This document shows positions 38,765 to 50,049 of a DNA stretch of 64,000 bases, piece by piece. The position numbers were made by a program, and so were the translations under genes. The stretch spans positions 6,400,001 to 6,464,000 of the forward strand of contig OZ001293.3 in the NCBI GenBank assembly GCA_963921275.4, in the 5' to 3' direction. Position 1 is the stretch's first letter, and every line of letters starts with the position of its first letter. This DNA is from an uncultured Hormoscilla sp. (GTDB taxonomy: Bacteria; Cyanobacteriota; Cyanobacteriia; Cyanobacteriales; Desertifilaceae). The notes under the pieces are model-generated. The model was not told the origin of the DNA and did not search any database. It worked only from the letters and a program-made list of their open reading frames with translations.

Positions 38765-39754
38765 ATGATAATGAGTAAGCATCAATTAGAGATCGACAAT
38801 AGTCAAGTGCCAGAAGGTTATAAACAAACAGAAATTGGGGTGATTCCTGAAGATTGGGAAGTCATAAAACTTAAAAATATTGCTCCGTTACAGCGTGGTT
38901 TTGACTTACCTACATCTCAGTTAAAAAAGGGAGACTATCCCGTTGTCTACTCAAACGGGGTAATGAACCATCATGCTGAGTTTATGGTTCATGGACCGGG
39001 TGTCGTTACTGGAAGATCGGGCACAATTGGCAGTGTTCACTACGTTTCTAAAAATTATTGGCCTCACAACACTACTTTATGGGTAACTAATTTTATAAAC
39101 AGTTATCCTAAATACGTTTATTACTTGTATCAATCCGTAAAATTTGAACGATTTAGAACTGGTTCAGGTGTACCAACACTTAACAGAAATGATGTACACG
39201 ACTTAATAATTGCAATTCCCCCCTCAGAAGAACAACGCGCGATCGCCCAAACGCTATCGGACGTGGATGGCCTGATAGCAGCACTGGATCAGGTGATCGC
39301 CAAAAAGCGCAACATCAAAACCGCCACCATGCAGGAACTCCTCACCGGCAAGAAACGCTTGCCGGGGTTTGGTGAGGAGTGGCAAGTAAAACGGCTTGGC
39401 GATATTGCAAATATTATGATGGGGCAATCTCCCAGTTCTCAATATTACAATTCAAAAGAAATTGGTCTTCCTTTAATTCAAGGTAATGCTGACATTAAAA
39501 ATAGAAGAGCAGTAATTAGAAACTATACATCTGAAATTACCAAAAAATGTTACGATGGAGACATTATATTGTCTGTTCGCGCTCCCGTAGGTGAAGTTGC
39601 TAAAACTAATTTTGATGCTTGTATTGGCAGAGGTGTATCTGCTCACCACCTTGGCCGGAGCGGGAGCCTCCTTATTCAGAGTAAGCGCCTTCTTGGCCGG
39701 AGTAAGCATTTTCTTAGCCAGAGTAAAATCGGAGGTGTAGTAAAAACCCGTTAG
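38765..39754 (+). pseudogene. hsdS: Type I restriction specificity subunit, truncated in the second TRD
   Basis: GYKQTEIGVIPEDWE, EEQRAIAQTLSDVD, MQELLTGKKRLPGF; similarity breaks after CIGRGV; no hsdM/hsdR adjacent. Confidence 0.8.
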
Positions 39755-39789
39755 TAAGAAGATCCCCTCCCGCCCCCTTCTCGCTTGGA

Positions 39790-40050
39790 CAATTACGAAC
39801 TACTTGTCACCAGCTGAAGTACAATACAGCAAAAAGCCTTTTATATCAAGCAGCAACAGCGAATCGCCCTGGATAAAAATCGGCATTTACCGTTCCGGAA
39901 AAATCGGATCGACTTAATCCTGTCTGACCCTCAAACAGGTGCAGCACGCTATATCCTGGATACTAAATACAAGAGTTGCGATCGCGCTGCGCGCGCGGGG
40001 ACTTCCACCAAATGGTCAGCTATGCAAAAGCAACAAAATGTTACGAATAA
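39790..40050 (+). pseudogene. McrC-like restriction subunit C-terminal remnant
   Basis: IDLILSDPQTGAARYILDTKYK followed by HQMVSYA-like text. Confidence 0.45.
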
Positions 40051-40108
40051 AAATATTGTCTGTTTACTTTCGTTTCCAAGGTAACTGATTTCAAAGCTAT
40101 CCAATAAC

Positions 40109-40702
40109 ATGAAACGCATTATTGGTCTTACGGGCGGGATTAGCACTGGCAAAACTACTGTTTCTAATTATCTGGCAGATGTCTACAAACTGCCAGTATT
40201 AGATGCTGATGTCTATGCTAGAGATGCCGTGCAACCCGGTTCCCTCGTACTGGATAAAATTGCCGCCCGCTACGGTAGTAATATCCTCTTACCTGATGGT
40301 ACTCTCGATCGCCCCCAGTTGGGAGAGATAATTTTTCGCAACCCTTCCGAACGTCGGTGGTTAGAATATCTCATTCATCCCGAAGTGCGCGATCGCTTTC
40401 TGGCAGCCATCCATCAACTCTCGGAAACCCTAGTCTTAGTCGTACCCTTGCTATTTGAAGCTCAGATGACTGATTTGGTGACCGAAATTTGGGTATTATG
40501 TTGCGATCGCCAACAGCAAATTGACAGACTGATGCAGCGTAACTCCCTCAGTCTAGAGCAAGCGCAAGCCCGCATCAATGCTCAGATGTCCATAGAGGAG
40601 AAGTGCCAACAAGCTGATATAATATTGGATAATTCATTTAGCATAGAAATGTTGTTAAGACAGGTAGATGCAGCATTGAAAATTGAAAATTGCGGATTAT
40701 AG
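40109..40702 (+). CDS. coaE: Dephospho-CoA kinase
   Basis: IGLTGGISTGKT, DAD, LDRPQLG, VPLLFE, ARINAQM. Confidence 0.95.
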   Translation: MKRIIGLTGGISTGKTTVSNYLADVYKLPVLDADVYARDAVQPGSLVLDKIAARYGSNILLPDGTLDRPQLGEIIFRNPSERRWLEYLIHPEVRDRFLAAIHQLSETLVLVVPLLFEAQMTDLVTEIWVLCCDRQQQIDRLMQRNSLSLEQAQARINAQMSIEEKCQQADIILDNSFSIEMLLRQVDAALKIENCGL

Positions 40703-40980
40703 CAGTTCTCATATTAGTGTGATATGCTATCGGAGATTGCTTCGGGGGGGGGGCTGACAAGGGTAGGTTTTTTACAAAAAGGCCGTGACTTGACAAGGGA
40801 GAGAAGGGAGACTCCGGAGACAAGGGAGACCCCGAAGACTCCGAAGACAAGGGAGACTTGCCAGATTTGCCAGACTTGCCAGACTGCCGAAGAAAAGGAA
40901 GAGAAATTTATTCTCCCTTGTCCACTTTCCCCCGTGTACCAACGGGTTTTGACCACACCACATTAATTTGAGAAATGCTA
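40700..40980. mobile_element. MITE-like element with ~22-bp imperfect TIRs and TA duplication
   Basis: TA|TAGCAGTTCTCATATTAGTGTG ... CACATTAATTTGAGAAATGCTA|TA; internal 9-bp repeats. Confidence 0.65.
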
Positions 40981-41053
40981 TATTTATTCATGTCAATTCG
41001 TAATTCGCCATTTTTAATTCGCAATTCGCCATTTTTAATTCACCATTGTCAAT

Positions 41054-41821
41054 TTAGGAGGACCATAATATTGAGGCTGCGATCGAAGCAGCCGCAATAG
41101 CTAAAGATACACCCAGAAACACGAGATCCCAACTACTTACGGACTGCTTCGGAACTAGAGATTGAGATTGGCCATATCCTCGTAACCGCATGGCTTGATA
41201 TACTCTTTCTGACTGTTCGGAACTGCGTACCAGGAGAGTGCCAACTAATGACGCTAACACCCGCAAATTACGATAACTTAGTTGGTTTTCCCGAAAGCCC
41301 CGCAGTTTCATCGCCAGCTTCATCATCCGCAGCCGATCGCCCAATTCCTCCAGATAGCGATAAGATAACAGCATCATATCTGCTAAAACTGACGGCAGTC
41401 CTAACTCCCGCATCGCCTTAATACTGGTCAAAAAGGGTGTCGTGCCCAACATAACTAGGGCCACTGTGAAAATGCATAAAAACCTCGTCGCTATCAAGAC
41501 CGCAGCCAGACATCCTTCTAACCGTAAAGCTAATGGTCCCATGCTGAAAATAACTGTATCCCCCGCTACAAATGGCAACAGTCCCACCATCCCCAACAGA
41601 AAAAAACTCGGGTAGCGCAGTCGCCTCAGCAGGAAAGATATCGGTAGCTGCGAAACCCGGTACAGGGCGATCGCTAAGGCCGCCATCCCTGGCAGTAAAC
41701 CCAGATGCTGCACTCCGGAGAAGGCGAAAATTAACGCCATCAAACCAACCAGCTTGCATCTCTGTTCCCACCGATGGATGGGCGATTTTAACTGTGCGTA
41801 GGAGTCTAGTCCCAGTTTCAT
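41054..41821 (-). CDS. cbiQ: Co/Ni ECF transporter T component
   Basis: SPIHRWE.RCKL, SYRYL, AMKLRGF, SERVYQAMRLRGY. Confidence 0.9.
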   Translation of the reverse strand: MKLGLDSYAQLKSPIHRWEQRCKLVGLMALIFAFSGVQHLGLLPGMAALAIALYRVSQLPISFLLRRLRYPSFFLLGMVGLLPFVAGDTVIFSMGPLALRLEGCLAAVLIATRFLCIFTVALVMLGTTPFLTSIKAMRELGLPSVLADMMLLSYRYLEELGDRLRMMKLAMKLRGFRENQLSYRNLRVLASLVGTLLVRSSEQSERVYQAMRLRGYGQSQSLVPKQSVSSWDLVFLGVSLAIAAASIAASILWSS

Positions 41822-42459
41822 TAACTTCTGAGCATTTCGGGCTTGACTCGTTCCAGAAACAATGCTACCATTGCCGTAAACATGCCCTCGATCGCCATCA
41901 AGGGAATCTGTGCTAACATCAGGGTGCCGATAGCTGTCCGTTCCGCTTGCCCGTCGATATTAGCCGGGATATTGGTAATAATCAGCGAGAAAAAGATCGA
42001 CGCTGCTAGTCCGACCCCGATCGCCCCGGCCAGGAAGCCAAAAATTCCCGTCCACAGCTTGCTTTCCCGCCCCAGCAGTTCCCGGACTTGGAAAACGTAA
42101 CCCGCTATTAATGCTGGTACTCCCATCAAGATAGCATTTATCCCCAGGGTAGATAAACCGCCATGCCCAAACATGACCGCCTGGAAAAACAATCCTACCA
42201 GAATCGCGGGAAAAGCATAATAACCCAGCACCGCCCCTAAAAGTCCATTTAACACCAAATGGACGCTCGTGGGAGGCACCGGGATGTGAATGGATGAAGC
42301 TGCAAAAAAAGCTGCCGTTAGCAGAGACGCCTTGGGAATGTTCTCTTGGGGATTTTTATCCCGATCGATCTGGCGCAGAGACAACCAAGTCACTCCGCCA
42401 GTCATTCCATAACCCCCGATCGCCACAGCTGCGGGCAGAATACCGTCAGGAATGTGCAT
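41821..42459 (-). CDS. cbiM: Co/Ni ECF transporter S component
   Basis: N-terminal MHIPDG, HGGLSTLGIN. Confidence 0.93.
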   Translation of the reverse strand: MHIPDGILPAAVAIGGYGMTGGVTWLSLRQIDRDKNPQENIPKASLLTAAFFAASSIHIPVPPTSVHLVLNGLLGAVLGYYAFPAILVGLFFQAVMFGHGGLSTLGINAILMGVPALIAGYVFQVRELLGRESKLWTGIFGFLAGAIGVGLAASIFFSLIITNIPANIDGQAERTAIGTLMLAQIPLMAIEGMFTAMVALFLERVKPEMLRS

Positions 42460-42889
42460 TTTTATTGTCCCGTGAAAAAAACAATCCCGTGCCTACAAAT
42501 CCCCAGATTACCGCACCTGTCATCGCCAATTTATGGAGAGGATTTACGGTTGACAAGGGGGACTTTTGCCCCACATCGCCGATGGCAATACTGACGATCT
42601 CACCGTGACCAGCAAGGCGTACCTTTACCTGCCAAGATCCTACCACATCAGGGGTAAAGATAAAGCGACCCAGTTCGTCAGCAGTACCTTGCAACCAGGG
42701 GGTGGCCGGGTCATCAGGAGCATAAACTGTGATTTGGGCATTTGCCATCGGTTCGCCAGAGTCGTAGGTAGCCTTAATTTCAACTGCTTGGATAATTTTA
42801 TGTTCCACGATCGCGCCATGGGCGATCGCCTCAGTCGGCCAACCCATAACTGAGCAAAAAATCAGTGGGATTACCAATTGACAATTCAT
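42446..42889 (-). CDS. CbiL/NikL-like accessory protein (carboxypeptidase-regulatory-like fold)
   Basis: Signal peptide AHG, YDSGEPMANAQ, AGHG, C-terminal TM; operonic with cbiM. Confidence 0.7.
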   Translation of the reverse strand: MNCQLVIPLIFCSVMGWPTEAIAHGAIVEHKIIQAVEIKATYDSGEPMANAQITVYAPDDPATPWLQGTADELGRFIFTPDVVGSWQVKVRLAGHGEIVSIAIGDVGQKSPLSTVNPLHKLAMTGAVIWGFVGTGLFFSRDNKNAHS

Positions 42890-42985
42890 GTTCCTGCTCT
42901 AGGTGAGTCTCAAGAGAAATCACAATAGTCGATCGTACAAAATAAAGAATGAGGGTGTCCCCCTTTCTTTATACTGGATTTATAA

Positions 42986-43777
42986 TTAATCTAATGTTAG
43001 AGACTCTTGACAATGACCTTCCCCGACGTGACCGAGAGAAACTAAAGTTTTCTTCAGCTTCTGATAATCTTGAGGTGAAAGACTCTGCTTGAGAGTCGCC
43101 ATATCTACCTCCAACCTGCCATTATTTGCCAATGCTGCCAGGGGTGCGAAGCCTAGTGCTCCGATGTTAATCTCCTCGTCCGGTGGCACGTCGCCGTCAC
43201 CGAAGATGTGGTCGATGTGGAAAGTCGCTTCTACCTCAGCGGTGCCTCCTGGTGAGAGTATCCCTTTGCGCTGTTCGCCGACAAACTCCCCACAACTATA
43301 AGCGTATTCCCGGTCGATGGCGATCGCAAACTCGATAACTTGACTACTCTTGATAGCTGTACCCTCCATCACCAGCACGTAACCTTTGGCAGGTCCGGAG
43401 GTAGCCTTGACCATTTTCCAAGAGAGAGCATTGTAACGACCCGCTGGGGCATCTGTAAATTCATGTACCAGAATTGGATCGGCGTTCGCGTCACCGGCTG
43501 CTAGATCCACAGTCTTTACTGTATTGAGGACGACAGAGGCGTCTACCTCCGGGTTACTCTGAGTTGCCGTAACATCGGCCAGGGTGACGTACAAATGATT
43601 GAAGCTGATGTTCCAGCCATCCTTCGATAGGAAGCCCTGGCGCACGAAGTCTTCACCGTTAGCGCGAATTTGCAGCGTCCCGCTGGGGACCGTTTTATTA
43701 TCTGGCGTCGCGCATCCCCAGAGAGTCCCGATCGCCAGAAACCCGAGACTCCCCAGAATCACTAGCTTTTGTCTCAT
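42986..43777 (-). CDS. Lipoprotein (DUF4382-like) of the cbi operon
   Basis: Lipobox LWGC, ANGEDFVRQGF.SKDGW, HVGEGHC. Confidence 0.7.
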   Translation of the reverse strand: MRQKLVILGSLGFLAIGTLWGCATPDNKTVPSGTLQIRANGEDFVRQGFLSKDGWNISFNHLYVTLADVTATQSNPEVDASVVLNTVKTVDLAAGDANADPILVHEFTDAPAGRYNALSWKMVKATSGPAKGYVLVMEGTAIKSSQVIEFAIAIDREYAYSCGEFVGEQRKGILSPGGTAEVEATFHIDHIFGDGDVPPDEEINIGALGFAPLAALANNGRLEVDMATLKQSLSPQDYQKLKKTLVSLGHVGEGHCQESLTLD

Positions 43778-43880
43778 CCAGTGCCTACCTGCTATGCCTA
43801 CAAACAATAGCTTACAGGTTTTAATCCAGCTTGACAATGCCCAGAGGGGGCATTTAGTTGGCGGTAGATCGTAACAAACT

Positions 43881-43942
43881 GCCCTAGAACCCATGTAAAC
43901 CAAGACTCCCCCGTTATACATCAGTTAACGGGGGAGTCTCAA
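43881..43942. terminator. Strong hairpin downstream of opcA/efeM remnant
   Basis: AGACTCCCCCGTTA ... TAACGGGGGAGTCT inverted repeat. Confidence 0.6.
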
Positions 43943-43992
43943 GATAGAGCTAATGATGATGTGATGGCATCAGTCGATTGGGCAATGCAGTT

Positions 43993-44834
43993 TTAAGCCA
44001 GTCGCAAAACTTCCATCGCGTTCCCGAGAGCGTTCCGCAGTCGATAGCTAGCCCGGACGATCGCCCGCTGTTCGGGGATCCCCACGGAACTATAAGGTTC
44101 CGCAGCAGTGCGGTTGGGGCGGAAATAGGGATCGACCACTGCCATTGCTGCTTCATAGGCTTGTTCGACCGCATCGTCAACCGTGGAATCCGAGGCTTGT
44201 ACGGCAGTTGCAAAGGGCCAATATTGGCTGATTATACCGTTCCAGTTTTCTTTGAGATCAGGAGACTTTGGTCAGACCAGGTTTCTTCTTCGCCGCAAAT
44301 CTTCTTCGCTGACACCTCTGTGGCCAAGGCCATCATGCCCTCAAAATGCATGGTGGCATTGAAGTTCTGCCCCTGATTCAAATCGGATCTCAGGGTTCTG
44401 ACGCTCCTGACTAGCCTCCGTGCATAGCGGAGAGCCCGATCGATGTTCTCATCCCGGTACAAAAGGGCCTCAATCCGGTGAAACCCCTTAAATTCTCGGT
44501 TTAATTCTCCCCCATCAAAACCAGCGGGACGAGCATCAATATCTCGGTCCGTTTGTTCAAAACTTGCTGCCAAAACCTCGATTTGCTCGTAGGGGGGACG
44601 CGCTTCAACGTAGGCATTTTTGGCCCTTTCCAGATTGCCACTCTCAATTGCTGCTAACAGGTCTCGGACTAGACCCAACTGTATCCGGCCTGAGTCCGAA
44701 AATACTCCAAGCCCGCCTCCACCTGAGCCCCGTAGCGTGGTGGCATGGACATTTGTGCCGAACCAGGCCGAACTAGCTGGATCGCGCAACGCCGTCGCGC
44801 TATGGACATGAATAAATAAATCTACCTTCCTCAA
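43993..44834 (-). pseudogene. EfeM/EfeO (imelysin-like) iron-uptake protein remnant
   Basis: ARPPYEQIEVLA, FKGFHRIE, GEEETWSD; frameshift near 44260; native N-terminus missing. Confidence 0.7.
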
Positions 44835-44837
44835 TTC

Positions 44838-46169
44838 TCAATTCCGCAATTTCAGAATCTGGGCCGTCACCGCCAGACTTTCCTCATAAAGCATATCCCG
44901 ACCCCAGCGTTCTAATTGCTGAGACATCAGAGACTCGGCTTTTTGGTTGCTCAAAGGTGTCACCTGTTCTGTGCGGCATTTCTGGGCAGTTCCCCCAGCT
45001 TCCATCCGCATACATCCTATGGTTTCAGAACAGAGAATCGTGCAGCAATCAGCATTAGTATTGCTAGAAGCTAGAAGCAAGCCTACTAGATCTCCGGGAA
45101 TTTCTCCCCAGTCCGCTGTGGGAATTCCTGCTAATTCTGTTTCGATCGCGCGCCCTTGGGATCCCATCAACTTGATATGTATGATATCATAGTCTCCAGC
45201 TTCCTCACTGTAGGACACGGGTTTCCAATCTAAGCGACTAGCTAGCCAACCTAAAAACATCAGTGCTTGGGCCGTATTCCCCTTCTGATAGTCAATAGTC
45301 ACCCGGTCTACTTCTACCAAAGCTGCGCGACGTTCTGGCGGATCGAAAGTCGCCGCAGTCAACTCTTGCCAAGCTGAAAGTCGATGCCAATTGAGATCGG
45401 CAACATAGGTTTGGGACTCGATCAACTCCTGCATTTTCAGAAATTCGGCGGCGGGATCGCTGAAGTAGCAAGAGTCCATTACAATACAGTTACTCGTTTC
45501 CGCTAGATGCCCAAACAAGGGCTGTTCGGGATTAGGCGTAGCCTTCCACCAGACAAACTTGGGCAGATCCGGTATCATCAGGGAGGAAACTGTATCGCTT
45601 ACCCTTTCCAGAGCATCCTTAGTACCTCGCAGAGTGATGTATTCGCAGCATACCAGACTGGTATTGCTACTTTTTTGAATCGGGCAATAGGCAGAAACCT
45701 GTGCCGTTACTCCTCGATCTTCTCCTAACTCCGGACACAGGGTAATGATCCGGCAGGGATTTTGCGATGCGATCGCATCACTAAGACTAAATCCCCTCAT
45801 GTTCAGATTAGATACTTCTGTGTACTCGGACGATTGCTGAGCAAATTTCTCACGCAGCTTTGCCAATGTTTCCCGGTTAACTAGACCTGTCTCTCTCAGT
45901 CCGTAAGCCTTTTGAGCTTGTTTTACCGCTGCCTTGGTCTTGGGTCCATGAATGCTATCGATCGGACCATCGTAAAATCCCAAACCTCCCAGTAATTGCT
46001 GGAATTCTTCTGGCTCATAGATCGCCATGCTAAATGTCGCCGCCCTCGTGGCAACGGGAGAAGCTTTACCGCTATTTTGGGTCAGCCATATTTTACTCAA
46101 TTCTGCCTCTATTTCCCCCAGGGAGATATCTTTGGGTTTTTGCAGGGCAACAATTGGAGTTGCTGTCAT
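44838..46169 (-). CDS. opcA: G6PDH assembly/effector protein
   Basis: Directly downstream of zwf; QNPCRIITLCP, CCEYITL, DLNWHRL; PG-binding insert. Confidence 0.93.
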   Translation of the reverse strand: MTATPIVALQKPKDISLGEIEAELSKIWLTQNSGKASPVATRAATFSMAIYEPEEFQQLLGGLGFYDGPIDSIHGPKTKAAVKQAQKAYGLRETGLVNRETLAKLREKFAQQSSEYTEVSNLNMRGFSLSDAIASQNPCRIITLCPELGEDRGVTAQVSAYCPIQKSSNTSLVCCEYITLRGTKDALERVSDTVSSLMIPDLPKFVWWKATPNPEQPLFGHLAETSNCIVMDSCYFSDPAAEFLKMQELIESQTYVADLNWHRLSAWQELTAATFDPPERRAALVEVDRVTIDYQKGNTAQALMFLGWLASRLDWKPVSYSEEAGDYDIIHIKLMGSQGRAIETELAGIPTADWGEIPGDLVGLLLASSNTNADCCTILCSETIGCMRMEAGGTAQKCRTEQVTPLSNQKAESLMSQQLERWGRDMLYEESLAVTAQILKLRN

Positions 46170-46253
46170 TTTTCCATTCCTTTGTTAGTTTTCAGTTGTT
46201 AATTGTTAGTTGTCAGCTTTGAGCGTTCGCTGGTCGCTGATAAATGTTCGCTA

Positions 46254-48716
46254 TTAAAGTCTACGCCAGCGCCGACCATCTCGATTTAAGAGAAATTCTG
46301 CTTCCACAGGTTCCCAGGTTCCTGCTTCATAAAGAGGAATCGCCTCCGGAGGGGCCGGGGCATCCCAAACTTCCAACAGAGGAGTGAGTACCTGCCAGGA
46401 AGCTTCCACTTCATCTCCTCGGGTGAACAGAGTCTGGTCTCCTAACATGCAATCTATCAGCAGACGACTGTAGGCATCCGTGTTTGGTTTACCAAAAGCC
46501 GTATCGTAACGAAAATCCATATCCACCGATCGGGTGCGCAGGGAATTACCCGGAGTTTTCACCTCAAACCGCATAGAAATCCCTTCATTGGGCTGAATTC
46601 GCAGAGCCAAAACATTAGGATTCATCTGTTTCGCCGCCGACTGGAACATCATATACGGCACTTCTTTGAACTGGATGGCGATTTCCGTTACCTTCTTGGG
46701 CATCCGCTTACCCGTGCGCAGATAAAAAGGCACTCCCTTCCAGCGCCAGTTGGTCGGGGTCGAGCTGGGAATCACTCCCCAACCCTCCCTTTCGGAACCG
46801 GACTTGCGACTTTCACCGCATCCGGCTACTGGTTGGTAAGCTGTTGTCATCAGTAGGATTATTGGGTTACCCCGTATTCCCCTTACCCTCTGTAATTTTA
46901 CCCCTTATGGTCAATCCTATTGGACCGTTAATGATTTCAGCTCCGGAAGGTATGCGCTGCGCGCACGCTGCGCGATCGCGGAGGGTAGTTCAGCAAACCA
47001 TTCTAGCCGCTCTTCTCTAACATTTCCCCATTCTGGCAATTTATCGGGGCTCTGAACTTTACCCGGCTGAGACTCTAGTCCATATTCATACTTTTGGATT
47101 TCTCCTAAGTTTTGCGACGTGTTAGGGCTACTTTCACCAAAGGCTTCTTACCATATCCGTCCTACGTCTGCATATCCCAGGCATTACCCCAGGCGTTGGC
47201 TTCTTAGAACATCCTTCCTCTTCGCGGCTTGCGCTTTACATCTAACTGGTCCAAATGGGGACAGCTCACGTGAGGTTACTTCGTTCCCTGGTATCATTTC
47301 TCGATGCTTTTAGGTTCCTGCTATACCCCGGGAGTTCTTCGAGTGCGATGCTGGTAAGCAAATACTACCAACACTAACTGCCATTTCCCTTTTGGGCCAG
47401 CGTATAAGCCTTATTCCGCTGGTTCTTATTAACGAGGCTTTCACAGGTTCGCTTGTTCTAACCATGAGCATCTTTCCTAGCGGTGTCACTAGCTTAGGCT
47501 GCTAGCTATCCTACATTTAAGTCCTAGCTCCGCACCACGGCGATGTGACTCCGCAGCACTAAGGACCGGTGTTACCCCCACACCTGGGGAGAGGGAATTT
47601 AACCCCCATGATAACCAGAGTTATCCGGCAAATGAAACCAGACCAGACTTCACCGTCGCCAGTTTACGCCTGAACGAATCGCACATCTACATATAACTTC
47701 AAAGCTGCATAAGTGGGAGTAGTTGTATTGGGATCGGCCCCCTCTTCTTCCCGATAGCCCGGCACTTGCTTGCCATTCATCCAACCCGCCGTGTATTGAC
47801 CCCGAATGGCCGATCGATCCAAATTTTCCAAATCTGCTAGGTGCGTCGCCTGGACAACTTTTACCTTTTCACTCCGAATGCTGTCAGCATCCAAGCCGTT
47901 CGGCGGTTCCATTGCTGTCAGACAAAACAGTTGCATCAGGTGATTTTGCACCATGTCCCGCAAGGCCCCAGAGGATTCGTAATAACCTGCCCGCCCTTCT
48001 AGACCTACCTTTTCCGCCACTGTGATTTGCACGTGATCGACAAACTGACGATTCCACAGGGGTTCAAAAATCGCATTGGCAAACCGAAACACTAACAAAT
48101 TCTGCACCGTTTCTTTGCCCAGGTAATGGTCGATACGGTAAATCTGCTCTTCCGCACATACCTGACGCACGATCTGATTCAGCACTTGGGCCGATCCCAG
48201 GTCTCGACCAAAAGGTTTTTCGATTACTAGCCGCTGCTTTCTGGGATCCCGAAGCATTCCGACACTTCCCAGTTGCTGGGTAGCTTCTCCAAAGAATCGG
48301 GGTGCCACAGATAGGTAAAATACCCGATTCCCTCGCGTACCTCGTTGTTCGTCTAGTTCCCCCAAGAATGCTTTCAGCTTCTGGTAGCTTTCCGGTTTGT
48401 CAATGTCCCCAGAACAATAGAATAGCCCTTTAGCAAATCGCGACCAGATTTCTTCTCTACCCAGTCCACCGCCAAACTCTTCCACTCCTATCCGCATCTG
48501 TTTGCGGAAATAATCGTGACTCCAGTCTCGTCGCGCCACCCCCACGATCGTCAGTTCTGGGGGCAGTTTGTGCTCTAACATCATCTGATAGAGGGCGGGA
48601 ACGAGCTTTCTCTGGGTTAAGTCCCCAGATGCACCGAATATTACCAGAATTTGCGGTTCTGGCATCCGGTCATGTTGCAGTCCCACTCGTAAGGGATTTT
48701 CCAATAGCGTTACCAT
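46254..48716 (-). CDS. zwf: Glucose-6-phosphate dehydrogenase split by sense intron D (join 48716-47685 + 46751-46254, 509 aa)
   Basis: [15 protein letters not shown]; junction [21 protein letters not shown]. Confidence 0.95.
46752..47684 (-). mobile_element. ORF-less group II intron D (933 nt), sense within zwf
   Basis: GTGCGATTCGTTCAGG...DV...CTCGACCCCGACC; putative EBS1 AUUUGC (47363-47358) pairs 6/6 (two G-U) with exon end GTAGAT. Confidence 0.93.
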
Positions 48717-48799
48717 CTCTTTTCTTTCTCAATATACGTAGGGCGGGCAGATCGCCTGCCCGTCAATTCAACATTTATGGACCCTTTCCCATGGCTCAA

Positions 48800-49936
48800 C
48801 TATGCTGGCACCAACTGTTTAACCTTGTCTTCTAAGGACTTCATCAGGGTATCGAAGGGCTTGACGAATTTATCAATCCCCTCTTCCAGCAATTGGGCCA
48901 TCACTTCATCTAGGTTGATGTTTACTTCCTTGAGGGTTTCCATCAACTTGTAGGCTGCCTCTACGTCATTTTCCACCCGGTTATCGACATCACAATGGTC
49001 CGTGCAGGCTACGATCGTGCTGGGTGGCAGGGTGTTCACCGTGTCCGGTCCTACCAGTTCATCCACGTACATCACGTCGCTGTATGTGGGGTTTTTCGTG
49101 CTCGTGCTGGCCCACAACAGCCGTTGCACTTGGGCACTTTTAGCCGACAGGGCTTTCCAGCGATCGCTCCGGATAATCTTCTTGTATTCTTGGTAGGCGA
49201 TTTTCGCGTTGGCGATCGCCACTTTCCCCTTTATCGAGAGCAGCTTGGCCTTGGACTCTTCATCAGCAGCAGCCGCCAACATCTTATCAACCCGGCTATC
49301 GATGTTACTATCGATCCGACTCAGGAAGAAACTCGCCACTGAAGCTATTTTGCTAATGTCTTGTCCAGCTGCTACCCTTTTCTCCAAGCCGCGAATGTAA
49401 GCCCATGCTGTCTGCACGTAGCTTTCCACCGAAAACAATAGAGTGATGTTGACATTTATTCCGTCCGCGATCGCCGCTTCCACTGCTGGCAAACCCTCTG
49501 CCGTTCCCGGAATCTTAATCATCACATTCGGACGTCCGATCGCCTGGTTATACCGCCGCGCTTCGGCGATCGTCGTTTCTGTATTTTTCGCAATTGTCGG
49601 CGGCACTTCAATACTCACATAACCATCCAGTCCCTGGGTCGCCTCATAGACTGGCAGAAACACATCACAAGCACCCCGGATATCATCAAACACCAGAGAT
49701 TCATAAATCTCCAGCACCGATTTATCAGCGCCAATTCCTGCTTCGATCTCCTCATGGTAGATTTTGTTACCTTTGATCGCCTTTTCAAAGATTGCTGGGT
49801 TAGAGGTAATCCCCTTAATTCCCCCCGTCTCCGTCATCTCTTTCAGTTCGCCCGACTTGATAATATCGCGGCTCAGATTATCCATCCAGATACTCTGACC
49901 GTAGGCTGAAATTTCTAACAGGTGATTGGTTGCCAT
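48800..49936 (-). CDS. tal: Transaldolase
   Basis: GITSNPAIF, VMIKIPGT, NITLLFS, SFFLSRID, LLWASTSTK. Confidence 0.95.
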   Translation of the reverse strand: MATNHLLEISAYGQSIWMDNLSRDIIKSGELKEMTETGGIKGITSNPAIFEKAIKGNKIYHEEIEAGIGADKSVLEIYESLVFDDIRGACDVFLPVYEATQGLDGYVSIEVPPTIAKNTETTIAEARRYNQAIGRPNVMIKIPGTAEGLPAVEAAIADGINVNITLLFSVESYVQTAWAYIRGLEKRVAAGQDISKIASVASFFLSRIDSNIDSRVDKMLAAAADEESKAKLLSIKGKVAIANAKIAYQEYKKIIRSDRWKALSAKSAQVQRLLWASTSTKNPTYSDVMYVDELVGPDTVNTLPPSTIVACTDHCDVDNRVENDVEAAYKLMETLKEVNINLDEVMAQLLEEGIDKFVKPFDTLMKSLEDKVKQLVPA

Positions 49937-50049
49937 GTTTACTCCTCTCTCTCTAACAACATTTTTCGGTTGTCCGTTGTCCGTTGTCCGTTGTCCACTA
50001 ACCACTAACCACTAACCATCAACCATCAACCACTAACCACTAACCACTA

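Noticed and set aside
43780..43950. Cobalamin riboswitch upstream of the cbi operon
   Set aside because: No recognisable B12-box; only a terminator-like hairpin.
46752..46850. N-terminal extension of ORF 46254-46850
   Set aside because: It is intron DV/DVI sequence; the true exon starts at 46751.
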